64,000 bases of DNA from the sequence record OQ708376.1, one strand, 5' to 3'. The notes under the pieces were generated by a model, which saw nothing but the letters and a program-made list of their open reading frames with translations, was not told where the DNA came from and searched no databases. Shown one piece after another: positions 45,269 to 55,390 of the stretch (the stretch's first letter is position 1; every line of letters starts with the position of its first letter). This DNA is from Escherichia phage vB_EcoM_CRJP21. The translations under genes and the position numbers were made by a program.

Positions 45269-45750
45269 TGAACCGAAAGTACAGAGAAACTATGAAGTTC
45301 GCTAAGGAGTGTTTAGAGACAGTTGATTTCATTTTCGATAACAAAGACTCACTGGGTCATCACTTCGTAATTACAAAGAAAGAAGATAAGAGATACAAGT
45401 GTGAAAGATTAGGATACAGTATTGAGTTCTCCTTAATGATTGATGGAATGATAAACTCCTTATATGAATGTGGTAAGACTGATTACCTTTCATTTAGATC
45501 ATGGAGTGAAGGTATCATGTTCTTGAGAACAAATGGAGTTTTATATCCGTTTCTTGATGATTTATCAGAAGAAAGTTACTTTCAAAATAGTTTAATTTAC
45601 ACAGAAAAAGAACTCAAGATGCTATTCATTATGTCGTACTTTAAAAAGTACTGCAAATTTAATACATTATCTTTTGAGATTTCTGCAATGAAAGTATTCA
45701 TTAAAAATGTAAAAGAATTAAAGAGGGCTTTTAATGTACATAGAAAATGA
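45256..45750 (+). CDS. family-2 protein
   Basis: core ESYFQNSLIY. Confidence 0.6.
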   Translation: MERLMNRKYRETMKFAKECLETVDFIFDNKDSLGHHFVITKKEDKRYKCERLGYSIEFSLMIDGMINSLYECGKTDYLSFRSWSEGIMFLRTNGVLYPFLDDLSEESYFQNSLIYTEKELKMLFIMSYFKKYCKFNTLSFEISAMKVFIKNVKELKRAFNVHRK

Positions 45751-46276
45751 GAATGTAAAATGCATTACTGACATTTGTATAAAATTAATGAAAATTTTCA
45801 TTAACCCAAAATACAAGACTCGTTCTTTACATCATAATATTGATGAGCATTGTACCATTAATATACTAGGTAGTATTCTTGATGTAAAATATGATGGTAA
45901 AATGTTATTCGGTATAAGAGAAGAGAAGATAGATGATGCATTCTTTTCTTCTAAAGATAAATTTGAACCTTCTGATTATAAAGTGATTATTCGTGATGAT
46001 AGCATCTATATTAGTAGTGATTATTCAAATTACTTCGATAAAATATACACTGAAAACGTTGACTACCATTATGAAATGATTGATTTACCAGTAACAGACA
46101 TTGATATGGAGAGAATCAAATTTTCATTATCAGATAATGAGTACTTAGGTATACAAACATATTATTCACTACAAGGAAAGATTCCACCTGCTATGTATAT
46201 AAGGATTGAGATTGGTAATGTATTCAATGATAAGGTTATATCAATTGCTGATAAAATATTGAGGGTTGAATTATGA
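45734..46276 (+). CDS. hypothetical protein (possibly divergent family-2)
   Basis: track ORF; degenerate motif. Confidence 0.45.
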   Translation: MYIENENVKCITDICIKLMKIFINPKYKTRSLHHNIDEHCTINILGSILDVKYDGKMLFGIREEKIDDAFFSSKDKFEPSDYKVIIRDDSIYISSDYSNYFDKIYTENVDYHYEMIDLPVTDIDMERIKFSLSDNEYLGIQTYYSLQGKIPPAMYIRIEIGNVFNDKVISIADKILRVEL

Positions 46277-46836
46277 ATATCAATGATTACCAATTTCATA
46301 GGCTTGAATTTCGTCATTGTGTTGCATTTGCAAAAACATTGATGTGCATCATTGACACTCTTTCATCCAAACAATTTCGTAAGGATAATGATTTATTTCT
46401 GAAAAAAGGTCGTGTAACATCATCCGATATCAGTGTTGAACTATTTGTTGATATCAGTGTTGATACCGGAGACAGTACAAGGGTTGGTTGTATAGGTCAT
46501 ATTGGTACACATTGCTTCACATGGAATCCAAATACAAGTCAAGTACGAATTGATTATAGAAATTCACGTTGGGTTGATCTTAGTACTGAATCCGATTTAG
46601 AATCAGCTATGTTCCAGCTAAGTTTAATTCACAATCCTAATGAACTTCTTTACATTATTACTTTCAGTTATCTGTTACAAAACTACGATAATCCATCAGG
46701 GTTTTTCATAGAATCGGATATAGAAGAAATTATGGAAGAGTTTCCTAGTTTAAAGGATATTCTGGAAGAAAAAGATTTCTATGAAGACTTCAGAGATTTA
46801 TACGACATGCACTTGGAGTTATTTAAGAATGGATAA
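46273..46836 (+). CDS. family-2 protein
   Basis: core SAMFQLSLIHN. Confidence 0.55.
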   Translation: MNINDYQFHRLEFRHCVAFAKTLMCIIDTLSSKQFRKDNDLFLKKGRVTSSDISVELFVDISVDTGDSTRVGCIGHIGTHCFTWNPNTSQVRIDYRNSRWVDLSTESDLESAMFQLSLIHNPNELLYIITFSYLLQNYDNPSGFFIESDIEEIMEEFPSLKDILEEKDFYEDFRDLYDMHLELFKNG

Positions 46837-47347
46837 AGATGATATTCTAATTAGACTAATTAAGAGTTTAATAAAGTTCTCAAATAATGATGTCGATACA
46901 TACAAAGTAGGGGATATTGAATTCAAATCATTTGGTATGTACGGTGAGGACAAAACATATTATGCGTCAATGAAATTTCAAGATTTTCACGAGATGTTAA
47001 TATCGTTATCATATGAAGATGTTGATCCAAGATGGAGTTCCAGTATTTCACTATCGAGAATGGTAATTCGTAGTAAGCATCGTTACATTTCGTCAAAGAA
47101 TACTCCTAACTTGATTAATATTGTGTTGAATGAAAATACCAATCCTATATCTAAACTTGATATCGTACCGTTAACCGATGAAGTACTTTTTCAATTGAGT
47201 ACCATTTGTGATGAAGATGTGATATCATGTATGAAAATTTATGAGAAGGTTGGGAGTGATATTCCCATGAACTATTACCTAACTATAGATGGAACGTACC
47301 TTCGAGATGAGGTTCTAGCGTACATTGACAGTGTTTTACCAAAATAA
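46829..47347 (+). CDS. family-2 protein
   Basis: core EVLFQLSTICD; internal ATG chosen. Confidence 0.55.
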   Translation: MDKDDILIRLIKSLIKFSNNDVDTYKVGDIEFKSFGMYGEDKTYYASMKFQDFHEMLISLSYEDVDPRWSSSISLSRMVIRSKHRYISSKNTPNLINIVLNENTNPISKLDIVPLTDEVLFQLSTICDEDVISCMKIYEKVGSDIPMNYYLTIDGTYLRDEVLAYIDSVLPK

Positions 47348-47370
47348 AGACCCGTATGGGTCTTTTTGTG
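47346..47370 (+). terminator. rho-independent terminator
   Basis: AAAGACCC-gtat-GGGTCTTT + TTT. Confidence 0.7.
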
Positions 47371-47378
47371 TTTATGGC

Positions 47379-47407
47379 TTTACAAGAGCATTCAGGTGTG
47401 TTATACT
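47379..47407 (+). promoter_or_regulatory. internal promoter (TTTACA, 17 bp, TATACT)
   Basis: consensus-like boxes after terminator. Confidence 0.5.
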
Positions 47408-47434
47408 TGATTTTAAATAGAGTTGGAGGAATCT

Positions 47435-48001
47435 ATGAGTACTGAATTAATTAAAGAAGTCACATTACTTCTGAAGCATTGTTTTAAGTTCATTCCTGAT
47501 ACTGGTTCCCGCCAGTACATTAAAGTCAATGAGAAATATAACATCAATATCCTTGCATCCGAAACTGCAAGCAGTTATGCTAACATTGAGTTGGATTCTG
47601 AAGAAAAATATACAGTATTACAAATCATATCAGATGTACAACGTAAACAAGATTATCGTTCTTCATTTTACAACGATCATCTGTGTGTTTGCTCAAACTT
47701 CAGTGAGAATAAAATTGTGTATAAGAATTTATACACACATGAAGTGATTGATACATATAATTATAAAATTTCATCTGATGAATACAATGTGCTAATGTTC
47801 AACGCAAACCTTTTGTATGATGCCAGTACTGTACGCTGTTTAGAGTTAGCATATAAAATTCCAAAGATCATGGAAAGAAAAGATTTGATTCACTTTAAAA
47901 CTATTTTAAAATACAGTACAAAAGAATTAGAGGATTTAGTACAGGCTCTTAAGAATTTCATTAATGAACATGTACCTGTTAAATTCGAGGATGCACAATG
48001 A
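47435..48001 (+). CDS. hypothetical protein (possibly divergent family-2)
   Basis: ATG after GGAGG; degenerate motif. Confidence 0.5.
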   Translation: MSTELIKEVTLLLKHCFKFIPDTGSRQYIKVNEKYNINILASETASSYANIELDSEEKYTVLQIISDVQRKQDYRSSFYNDHLCVCSNFSENKIVYKNLYTHEVIDTYNYKISSDEYNVLMFNANLLYDASTVRCLELAYKIPKIMERKDLIHFKTILKYSTKELEDLVQALKNFINEHVPVKFEDAQ

Positions 48002-48582
48002 ACCATATCAGAACTAAAATTTTGAGACTCATGCATGACATTGCAGAACTTTCAGAGATTCATGACATTACAGAAATTGTTGAATTTGATGATTATCGAC
48101 TGAAAATTGAAAACAAATCCAAACATCGTTTTGGATCAGTTCAGTTGGATGTATATAAAACTTATGAATTTTCTAAAAAAATTAAAAGTTCATGGGATAC
48201 GATTACTATGTACATTCGCACATCCAGAAATCGTGAACGTATTGGTTCTATTTCTTCTAATATGGTATTTGCGAATGCATTACATGAAAAAATGAATAAA
48301 ATTGTAGAATCTGATTTCAGTGAAGATGATGGTTTTATTGGGTTGGATGTTCCACCAGAATTAGACCAAAGTGAAGATATTCGAGATGCATTCATTTTCC
48401 AGAAATCATTGTTGGACAATTACAAAGAATTCGAGTACTTAATGCTTTGTTACGATACTGCAAAAGTTCTTGATTGTGGTGAACTAGTTATGTACAATGA
48501 TTTTATCAATTACAAGACTGATGTTCTGAATACACTACTTCAAAATATAGAATCGGTTAAGGAAAAATATGAACGCTTATAG
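47998..48582 (+). CDS. family-2 protein
   Basis: core AFIFQKSLLDN. Confidence 0.55.
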   Translation: MNHIRTKILRLMHDIAELSEIHDITEIVEFDDYRLKIENKSKHRFGSVQLDVYKTYEFSKKIKSSWDTITMYIRTSRNRERIGSISSNMVFANALHEKMNKIVESDFSEDDGFIGLDVPPELDQSEDIRDAFIFQKSLLDNYKEFEYLMLCYDTAKVLDCGELVMYNDFINYKTDVLNTLLQNIESVKEKYERL

Positions 48583-49147
48583 TTATATGACAGAACGCCA
48601 TCAGTTATTATATGATATCAGTACAAAAATGTTATCAATTGTTAGTAGTGCAAAAGAAATTGAAAAACAATACCTCATCCGTGATGTAGCAATTTCATCT
48701 AAATGTTGGTCCAATGAATATTACGATCACGGTATTCTTACTATTTCTGGGGCTAGAAATATTTGTATTGTAAAAAATAAAAATAAAAGTAATGAAGAGT
48801 GTGAGATTATAACCGATATACAAATTAAGGATGATGGAAGTTTTTCACACCACCCATTCCATATTAGTACTATTGGTGTTTTATATAATATTAAAGTACT
48901 ATTCGGTGATGAAGAGTATGTGTTAAAAGCCATCAATCCAGATTCAAGTACAGTTGAAGAAGAACTGTTCCAGATGAGCACTGTTATACCTGAAGAGGTT
49001 CTTAGTACTGTTATTTTTTGTAGTTTAATTTATCATGAATACAAAAAGTACCAGTTCGATTTCCACATGTTAGGAACATACATCTTCAATAATTTGAATG
49101 TAGATCGTTTAACAGCATTAAATGCAGCAATGGATAAGGTGCTATAA
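48569..49147 (+). CDS. family-2 protein
   Basis: core EELFQMSTVI. Confidence 0.55.
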   Translation: MNAYSYMTERHQLLYDISTKMLSIVSSAKEIEKQYLIRDVAISSKCWSNEYYDHGILTISGARNICIVKNKNKSNEECEIITDIQIKDDGSFSHHPFHISTIGVLYNIKVLFGDEEYVLKAINPDSSTVEEELFQMSTVIPEEVLSTVIFCSLIYHEYKKYQFDFHMLGTYIFNNLNVDRLTALNAAMDKVL

Positions 49148-49575
49148 TGACAAGAGATGATTGTTTGTACATATGGGATATAATTGAAACTACACTTTCA
49201 AATCCAGAAAATTATAAAACAAAAAAAAGACAACGACACAAAATATGGATAGATTTGTTCGTTGAGGGCATACACGCAGTGACTATCTGGGATTCACCGA
49301 GGGCATCATCATCTACTCTGTTGGACAATGAATGCATTGATTGCATTAATTCCACTTTTCATCTCTACGGTACTACAATTTTTGGTACATTTCTGGATAT
49401 TGAAAGTAAAGATGATATTGATTCACTTGCGTTACAATACCAAGTACTATATAATACTAAATTAATTTACGATTTAGTACTAGCTTCTTATGTGTATAAA
49501 TTAATGATGAAATATAATCATATTTCTGTTTCAGTTTATACTAAGGATATTCTTTCATTAAGAGACAAAACATGA
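49147..49575 (+). CDS. hypothetical protein (possibly divergent family-2)
   Basis: LALQYQVLYN variant. Confidence 0.45.
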   Translation: MTRDDCLYIWDIIETTLSNPENYKTKKRQRHKIWIDLFVEGIHAVTIWDSPRASSSTLLDNECIDCINSTFHLYGTTIFGTFLDIESKDDIDSLALQYQVLYNTKLIYDLVLASYVYKLMMKYNHISVSVYTKDILSLRDKT

Positions 49576-50081
49576 GTTTATTAAATGCACGCGAATTGGT
49601 TGAGATGTATGAGATTTTGTCTTCATATAAAAATTCTCATGGAGATGTGATTCTCGACAAAAAGTTCCATGTCAGTGTTGAACATATATCAAATATAGAT
49701 ATGATTTCTTTGGTGGAAAGTAATAAGTCAGGTCTTGAACGCGATATCATGCGTTTGATTTATATTCCCAAACCATCATATACTAATGATAGTTCAATTA
49801 GTAATGAGACATTCATGTATAGTCCCGGTACGGATTCTACTATAGTATCGCTGTCCAATAAATCAATGGATACTTTCCAATTCATATATACCAGTACTGA
49901 TAACATTGAAGAAATTGAATTTCAAAACAATACATTAAGTCCATGTAGTAGTGTTATAACCTTTATGTCATATCTATGGTCAACTAAAACAAGTGCTGTT
50001 GTATATAGTTCAAATTATACACAAGATAGTATTGTTGAATCATATAAAGTTCTAAAGGAATACTATGAAAATAACAAATGA
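49572..50081 (+). CDS. family-2 protein
   Basis: core EIEFQNNTLS. Confidence 0.5.
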   Translation: MSLLNARELVEMYEILSSYKNSHGDVILDKKFHVSVEHISNIDMISLVESNKSGLERDIMRLIYIPKPSYTNDSSISNETFMYSPGTDSTIVSLSNKSMDTFQFIYTSTDNIEEIEFQNNTLSPCSSVITFMSYLWSTKTSAVVYSSNYTQDSIVESYKVLKEYYENNK

Positions 50082-50646
50082 TTTTATTAAAAGTGTAGTA
50101 CACCCTATGCTTAGTATTATGAAAAAAATACAGAATCTACCGGAAGATAACGATTACAAGTTTAATCGTTTTGATTCAGATGTGTTTTGTATTGAAATTG
50201 AAATTAATAACAATCGCAATTTACATTTAAAATTCAAAGAATCTTCGAGTCCGTACTACAACTTTGATATGAATTTTAAAATAGATACTGACATTGAAGA
50301 AAACATAATATCAAATCATACTAGCAAAAATGGTTTTATGCATAGAACTACTATGTACAATAATAAAAATAGTATTATATCTAAATGGAATCAACAATTC
50401 ACTAAAATTTGTGAAATTGAATATAATGATTTTGGTGAAGAACATTACTTTCAGTTAAGTACAATTCATGAACTTCCACCATATGATTATGTTAAAACAT
50501 GGTTTGATATTCATAATATAATTGATGATGCAATCAAACTTCCATTTGGTGTGTCAATATCATATACTGCTCCTAAAACATTTGTTTTTACTGAAGATAT
50601 GATTATGAAAAAGATATGGGCAATCATCCCACTTATGATGGATTAA
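50065..50646 (+). CDS. family-2 protein
   Basis: core EHYFQLSTIHE. Confidence 0.55.
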   Translation: MKITNDFIKSVVHPMLSIMKKIQNLPEDNDYKFNRFDSDVFCIEIEINNNRNLHLKFKESSSPYYNFDMNFKIDTDIEENIISNHTSKNGFMHRTTMYNNKNSIISKWNQQFTKICEIEYNDFGEEHYFQLSTIHELPPYDYVKTWFDIHNIIDDAIKLPFGVSISYTAPKTFVFTEDMIMKKIWAIIPLMMD

Positions 50647-50660
50647 ATTTGTACCAGGGG

Positions 50661-50689
50661 TTGACTCTGGTTTTTTTGTATGATACATT
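50661..50689 (+). promoter_or_regulatory. candidate internal promoter (TTGACT + weak -10)
   Basis: follows short hairpin and T-run; RBS AAGGAG before 50708. Confidence 0.35.
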
Positions 50690-50707
50690 GTTCTCAAGGA
50701 GAATTTT

Positions 50708-51259
50708 ATGAACTACAATCATGATCTTTTTACATTATGTGCATCCAAATGTGTTGAAGGATGGGCAGATAAAATCAATACCATAATTCATCGATATCTC
50801 GTCTTTAGTTCCCGTGCACGAAGTGAGGGGGCTATGGATTTCAAATATACACTATCTATTGATGGTGTAACTATCCATGCAGACGAAGAACGTCTGAACA
50901 TTAATTTGTATGATTCCTGTGTATTTGCTATTCACCAAAAGATGGGGAAAGGATGGGGTTGTAATAACATTAACTCCAAAGCTATCTTTTGGGTTGGTCA
51001 CCATCAGACAGTACTTGATCCTTCAATCAAATCTAATCTTTTATCCGATAATATGGTTTATGATTTATTGTACTCCGAAGAACAACATTTTCAGTTAAGT
51101 ACATTGCATGTTCTGGCACAGTACGAGGATTGTTACAAAACATTAGAACTATGCCATTCCCTTGAACTTAAAGATAAATTAATACAAGTTTACCCTTCAT
51201 TCTTTCATGAAGAAGTCCAAAGTACACTAGATCATATTTTATATGGATACGATAAATGA
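50708..51259 (+). CDS. family-2 protein
   Basis: core EQHFQLSTLH. Confidence 0.6.
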   Translation: MNYNHDLFTLCASKCVEGWADKINTIIHRYLVFSSRARSEGAMDFKYTLSIDGVTIHADEERLNINLYDSCVFAIHQKMGKGWGCNNINSKAIFWVGHHQTVLDPSIKSNLLSDNMVYDLLYSEEQHFQLSTLHVLAQYEDCYKTLELCHSLELKDKLIQVYPSFFHEEVQSTLDHILYGYDK

Positions 51260-51858
51260 GAAAAAGTTATCAAGAAGCTATTGACTTAATTCGTGAAGTT
51301 ATCAAGGTGGCTCCTGCTGCTATTGAGTTCAAGAAGTCCATATACAAGAAGTATGGGTCAATGTCGAGTATGTGCTTTCAAAAGAAACGTAGAGCATTCA
51401 CTACCCAGTACTGGAATGATTCTATCATCCTGAGCAATGAGACTCAGCGTATTTTAACACTAGAATCTGAACCTAATGAGTACGGGGAAGGAAACATTTG
51501 TGTACCTGATTATGATGAAATTAACTTCAACTGCGGTGATTTTGAAACAACATTATTACTTCATGAGGGTTATCCAGAAGGTGATGTATTAGCTGAATAC
51601 AATCCAAAAACTAAAATTCTCAAAAGAGGAATTCAGTTCACTATTAATAACAAAGATGATGTTGAAGCAGCACTGATGCAACTGAGTACAAGTGAACCTA
51701 TCACTATTAGTGTAGAAGAGTTATGGGGAATTATTTCAGTACTCAATGAGTGCTACAAAGTAAAATCATTGCGTAAACACAGCATTATATTACATACCAA
51801 TATGGCAAATATAAAATGTAAGCACATTCAAGAAATGGTGGTTCCAGATGGACTTTAA
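51256..51858 (+). CDS. family-2 protein (variant)
   Basis: core AALMQLSTSE. Confidence 0.5.
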   Translation: MRKSYQEAIDLIREVIKVAPAAIEFKKSIYKKYGSMSSMCFQKKRRAFTTQYWNDSIILSNETQRILTLESEPNEYGEGNICVPDYDEINFNCGDFETTLLLHEGYPEGDVLAEYNPKTKILKRGIQFTINNKDDVEAALMQLSTSEPITISVEELWGIISVLNECYKVKSLRKHSIILHTNMANIKCKHIQEMVVPDGL

Positions 51859-52432
51859 AGAAATTGAAAGTAAATTAAAGTACTTCAAAGATATCAAACT
51901 TCTTTGGAAAAAGTATAAAGTTGATTACAATTTCAGTGATGATGAGACAATAAAATACATTGAGATTAATATCAAAATCAAGTTCAAGAATAATAATTAT
52001 GGTGAAGTAACCTTAAATCATACTGGTATATCACTCAAGGACTATGATGGTACAACACTCGCATATTTTGACTTCACACCAGAACCAGGTGAAACACTAC
52101 TTAGTGAGATAAATTCCTATGACATGGAAGTGTTCGGCGGGAATCCGTTACTGTTCCGACTTTCTGAAGAGTGGAGTGAAGAGTACTACACTTACAAAGA
52201 TGGTGTAGTACTTGACATTCATGGAGAAGTTGTGAATGACTTGGAAGAACGTTTGTTCCAAGAATTGTGTGTTTCAAATACTTCATATGCATACAATCAT
52301 ATCCTTGACATGTTTGATTTATATAGTAAAATAGATGCTGAAATGAAGGCACATGGTATTCATTACCTTACAATTAACGACTATGCTCAACTCGAAACCG
52401 CTGTGAAAGCATTGACTAAAGTACTGAAATAG
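51848..52432 (+). CDS. family-2 protein (variant)
   Basis: core ERLFQELCVS. Confidence 0.5.
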   Translation: MDFKEIESKLKYFKDIKLLWKKYKVDYNFSDDETIKYIEINIKIKFKNNNYGEVTLNHTGISLKDYDGTTLAYFDFTPEPGETLLSEINSYDMEVFGGNPLLFRLSEEWSEEYYTYKDGVVLDIHGEVVNDLEERLFQELCVSNTSYAYNHILDMFDLYSKIDAEMKAHGIHYLTINDYAQLETAVKALTKVLK

Positions 52433-52441
52433 GAATGAAAT

Positions 52442-52855
52442 ATGAAACTGTATCATGCGAGTACTGTAAAAATTGATAACTTTTATATCCCGTATGGTGG
52501 TCTTCATATGGGAGGTAAACACAGTGCTTTGGAAGCTGCATTACGCAAGCTGAGAAGCCCACTGAACGTAGTAGACGCATGTACAGTATACTTGCATACC
52601 TTAGAAGTTGATGTTGATAACGTGCTTCTGTGTGAAGATTTAGGCAGTGATGATGAGTGGCGTTCACTTATTGAGAATTGCACTGCTCAAGGTTATGATG
52701 CTGTTCAGTACAAAAATGATTACGAGCCAGACAATGTTCCTAGCTTTATGATTTGGGATGCATCTAAAGTTCGCATCATTGAAGTTGATGCTATGCATAT
52801 GGATGAAGCTGAAATGATTATCGAAGATTTTCTTGATGAATATGAAGGTGTATAA
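52442..52855 (+). CDS. hypothetical protein with possible ADP-ribosyltransferase-like motif
   Basis: N-terminal KLYHASTV...GGLHMG recalls the H-containing strand of H-Y-E ART folds; speculative. Confidence 0.3.
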   Translation: MKLYHASTVKIDNFYIPYGGLHMGGKHSALEAALRKLRSPLNVVDACTVYLHTLEVDVDNVLLCEDLGSDDEWRSLIENCTAQGYDAVQYKNDYEPDNVPSFMIWDASKVRIIEVDAMHMDEAEMIIEDFLDEYEGV

Positions 52856-53391
52856 TGACTGACCCGATGGTAGCACTGGCACGTACTAAGTTACTATTAA
52901 AGATTGGTGAGATTTTTACGGTTCTTCTGTCCAATAATATTGATATTACTGAGCTAGATATTAAGCAACCGTGGGAAGTGACTATGTTCTCGGCGTTCCA
53001 CCGATTGTCATATAAAGGTGAAAGTGTTCTTGATTTTAACCCTAAAGCAAAATTCATAGATTATGCTGCGTTGTACAGAGAGTTGCACCGAAATATTTAT
53101 TCCGGTTGTATAACCAATAACTTCAAAGAAATTAAAGTTCAAACTGCATCACATGAGTTCAATGATTTACTTTATCCAGAATTTAATCTAACGGAAGAAT
53201 TACTCTTTCAGTACTCGTTAATTCTCACAAATCTCGAAACGCTAGAGTACTACAAAGAGTTAGTAGATATTTTTATGAATACACGACTTTCAAAAGATAT
53301 TGTGATATTCTGGTATACAGAGCATGTTACGGAGGAATTGCTTACTGAATTTCTTCTAAATATGACAGCTATAAAGGAGAAGTTATGTTAG
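52855..53391 (+). CDS. family-2 protein
   Basis: core ELLFQYSLIL. Confidence 0.55.
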   Translation: MTDPMVALARTKLLLKIGEIFTVLLSNNIDITELDIKQPWEVTMFSAFHRLSYKGESVLDFNPKAKFIDYAALYRELHRNIYSGCITNNFKEIKVQTASHEFNDLLYPEFNLTEELLFQYSLILTNLETLEYYKELVDIFMNTRLSKDIVIFWYTEHVTEELLTEFLLNMTAIKEKLC

Positions 53392-53858
53392 ATATTTTAG
53401 GAAACATCGATACTGCAAATTATTTTATCCAGGACGCACTGTTCAATACAGTTCAACAAGGATTAGAAGTTCGTCATAACGTTTACCAAGGTGATGGTTA
53501 TTTCGTTGATATTGTTGAGGCACGAAAGAATACGTTTAATGTTAACATTACAACACTGGGTAGACAGAACATTGCACGAATTTTAGTAAGTAAAGATGAA
53601 ATTGTATTGAGATACAGTGCTAAGTTTATGTTGACTTATAAGAAAAAAACTGATATGTTCAGTACTAATTTATTTGATGAGCCATTTGACCTTGAAGATA
53701 TTGAAGCTACTTTCTTTACTCAAAGTACTATGGTAAAATACACTGATGTTCAATTTTCTGCTGATGTAATGTCGGAAACATTACAAATGATCAAGGTATT
53801 ATTTTATGCATTTGAGCAATTTAGAGAAGAAAGAAACAAGGTTAACAACCACAGATGA
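53385..53858 (+). CDS. family-2 protein (variant)
   Basis: core ATFFTQSTMV. Confidence 0.5.
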   Translation: MLDILGNIDTANYFIQDALFNTVQQGLEVRHNVYQGDGYFVDIVEARKNTFNVNITTLGRQNIARILVSKDEIVLRYSAKFMLTYKKKTDMFSTNLFDEPFDLEDIEATFFTQSTMVKYTDVQFSADVMSETLQMIKVLFYAFEQFREERNKVNNHR

Positions 53859-54219
53859 ACTAATAGAGGCGATCACTAAGGAGTCAAAATACCACAAAGG
53901 GATTCGTCTATATTTTATAGATATTGGTTCAATGGAAGGCATATACATTTATGGTTCACAATCTTTATCTTATGATGTAATGCCAAAAAAACATGTAAAA
54001 ATCTTTTTAGGTTCAGATAAAAAAACTTTCTTGACAATTAATGATAAAAACGTTATTATGAATTCGTTGGGTCATGATAAGGTGGAAATTGATCTAAACA
54101 CACTGGAGGATATTGATTTTTTTCAATACGAGTGTTTAGGTGTTGACTTACATGGCATTAGTAGCGATATGATAAAATCATTAATCAAATATTTCGAAGG
54201 TGTTCATAAATGTATCTAA
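53806..54219 (+). CDS. family-2 protein (variant; start uncertain)
   Basis: core IDFFQYECLG. Confidence 0.45.
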   Translation: MHLSNLEKKETRLTTTDELIEAITKESKYHKGIRLYFIDIGSMEGIYIYGSQSLSYDVMPKKHVKIFLGSDKKTFLTINDKNVIMNSLGHDKVEIDLNTLEDIDFFQYECLGVDLHGISSDMIKSLIKYFEGVHKCI

Positions 54220-54707
54220 CTAAATCAATGAAAAATTCATTTGATAAAATCAAGAGTTGTCTTGATGGGGAAAATATTACAAGTGTTACACAAACTGCTG
54301 ACCAAATTCAAAGCAGTTCAAGTGATTGTACTGTTATTTTAGGTTTACATAGTCTACGTTTATCAATAGTAAATAATATTGACAACACTGCTATTGTAAT
54401 CACACCATGCCATATTCAAAATGAGAATGGTGTATATCTTCATCACATGGGAACAGTATTTCATATTTTCAATACAAACGAAAACATTGTTAAGGAATAC
54501 AAATCTCTTAATATTGATTCAGGTGAATTATTTCAAATGAGTACTTTGTACTCATGTAATTTTACAGATACTTCATGTATTTTGCCATTTTTCTTGGAAA
54601 TTATTAAGAAAATGGAAAATTTAAAACGTGAATACAATAAAGAAATGGTTCCTGAAGCTATATTAAATATTACTAATGCTATAGAGAAGTATAATGCAGT
54701 GACTTAA
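54210..54707 (+). CDS. family-2 protein
   Basis: core GELFQMSTLY. Confidence 0.55.
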   Translation: MYLTKSMKNSFDKIKSCLDGENITSVTQTADQIQSSSSDCTVILGLHSLRLSIVNNIDNTAIVITPCHIQNENGVYLHHMGTVFHIFNTNENIVKEYKSLNIDSGELFQMSTLYSCNFTDTSCILPFFLEIIKKMENLKREYNKEMVPEAILNITNAIEKYNAVT

Positions 54708-54749
54708 TAAAAACGCACATGGAGTGCATTAGAAGATCAAGGATAGATC

Positions 54750-55223
54750 ATGGAGATTAAAACTGTTGAAAATGGGAAAATTGATGACATTTTAGAGTTG
54801 GACGCATTCAAAGTTCATGATATAATGTTTAATGTGAAGGACATTATTCAATGTCTATTTTTGTGTAGCAAGACAATGCATGATTTTTTTCACAACCCAA
54901 ATACTAACGTTTTTATACTAACAATCAGTACTGAAAACTCGTTTATCATGGGTATGCCTATGAGTACAAATGAACAATATATTGATTGTGTTATTCGTAA
55001 TAACGATAGTATTACGCCACAATCTGAAGTACGTAAAAAGAAAAACACCTACACAATCAAAGATGATAAAATTATGATGTGCTGTAGTAAAGGGTTTATA
55101 TTAGATAATTTTATCGTCAAAGACAGTTATCACGACTTTAAAGTGTCTGAAAATCAATCCAATGTAGTTCTTTATGCGAGTGACATAGAAAGTCTAACAG
55201 TTAAAGATCCCAGTTTGGAGTAA
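54750..55223 (+). CDS. hypothetical protein (157 aa)
   Basis: track ORF; no family motif. Confidence 0.5.
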   Translation: MEIKTVENGKIDDILELDAFKVHDIMFNVKDIIQCLFLCSKTMHDFFHNPNTNVFILTISTENSFIMGMPMSTNEQYIDCVIRNNDSITPQSEVRKKKNTYTIKDDKIMMCCSKGFILDNFIVKDSYHDFKVSENQSNVVLYASDIESLTVKDPSLE

Positions 55224-55225
55224 GT

Positions 55226-55357
55226 ATGGCTAAGAAAGTAAACAATTTCGTACAGAAACACATGAATGAGTTTAACAAGCCTCAGACACATGTGGACCGT
55301 AAAAAAGCAATGAAGAATGGTAAAGTAAAACACAAGTCGAGATTTATTCTCGACTAA
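55226..55357 (+). CDS. small basic protein (43 aa, not in track)
   Basis: ATG 6 nt after GGAG; K/R-rich; terminator overlaps 3' end. Confidence 0.45.
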   Translation: MAKKVNNFVQKHMNEFNKPQTHVDRKKAMKNGKVKHKSRFILD

Positions 55358-55365
55358 TTTTTTGT
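55336..55365 (+). terminator. rho-independent terminator
   Basis: GTCGAGA-tttat-TCTCGAC + TTTTTTG. Confidence 0.6.
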
Positions 55366-55390
55366 CCGAAATTTAGGAGATTGTATTACT

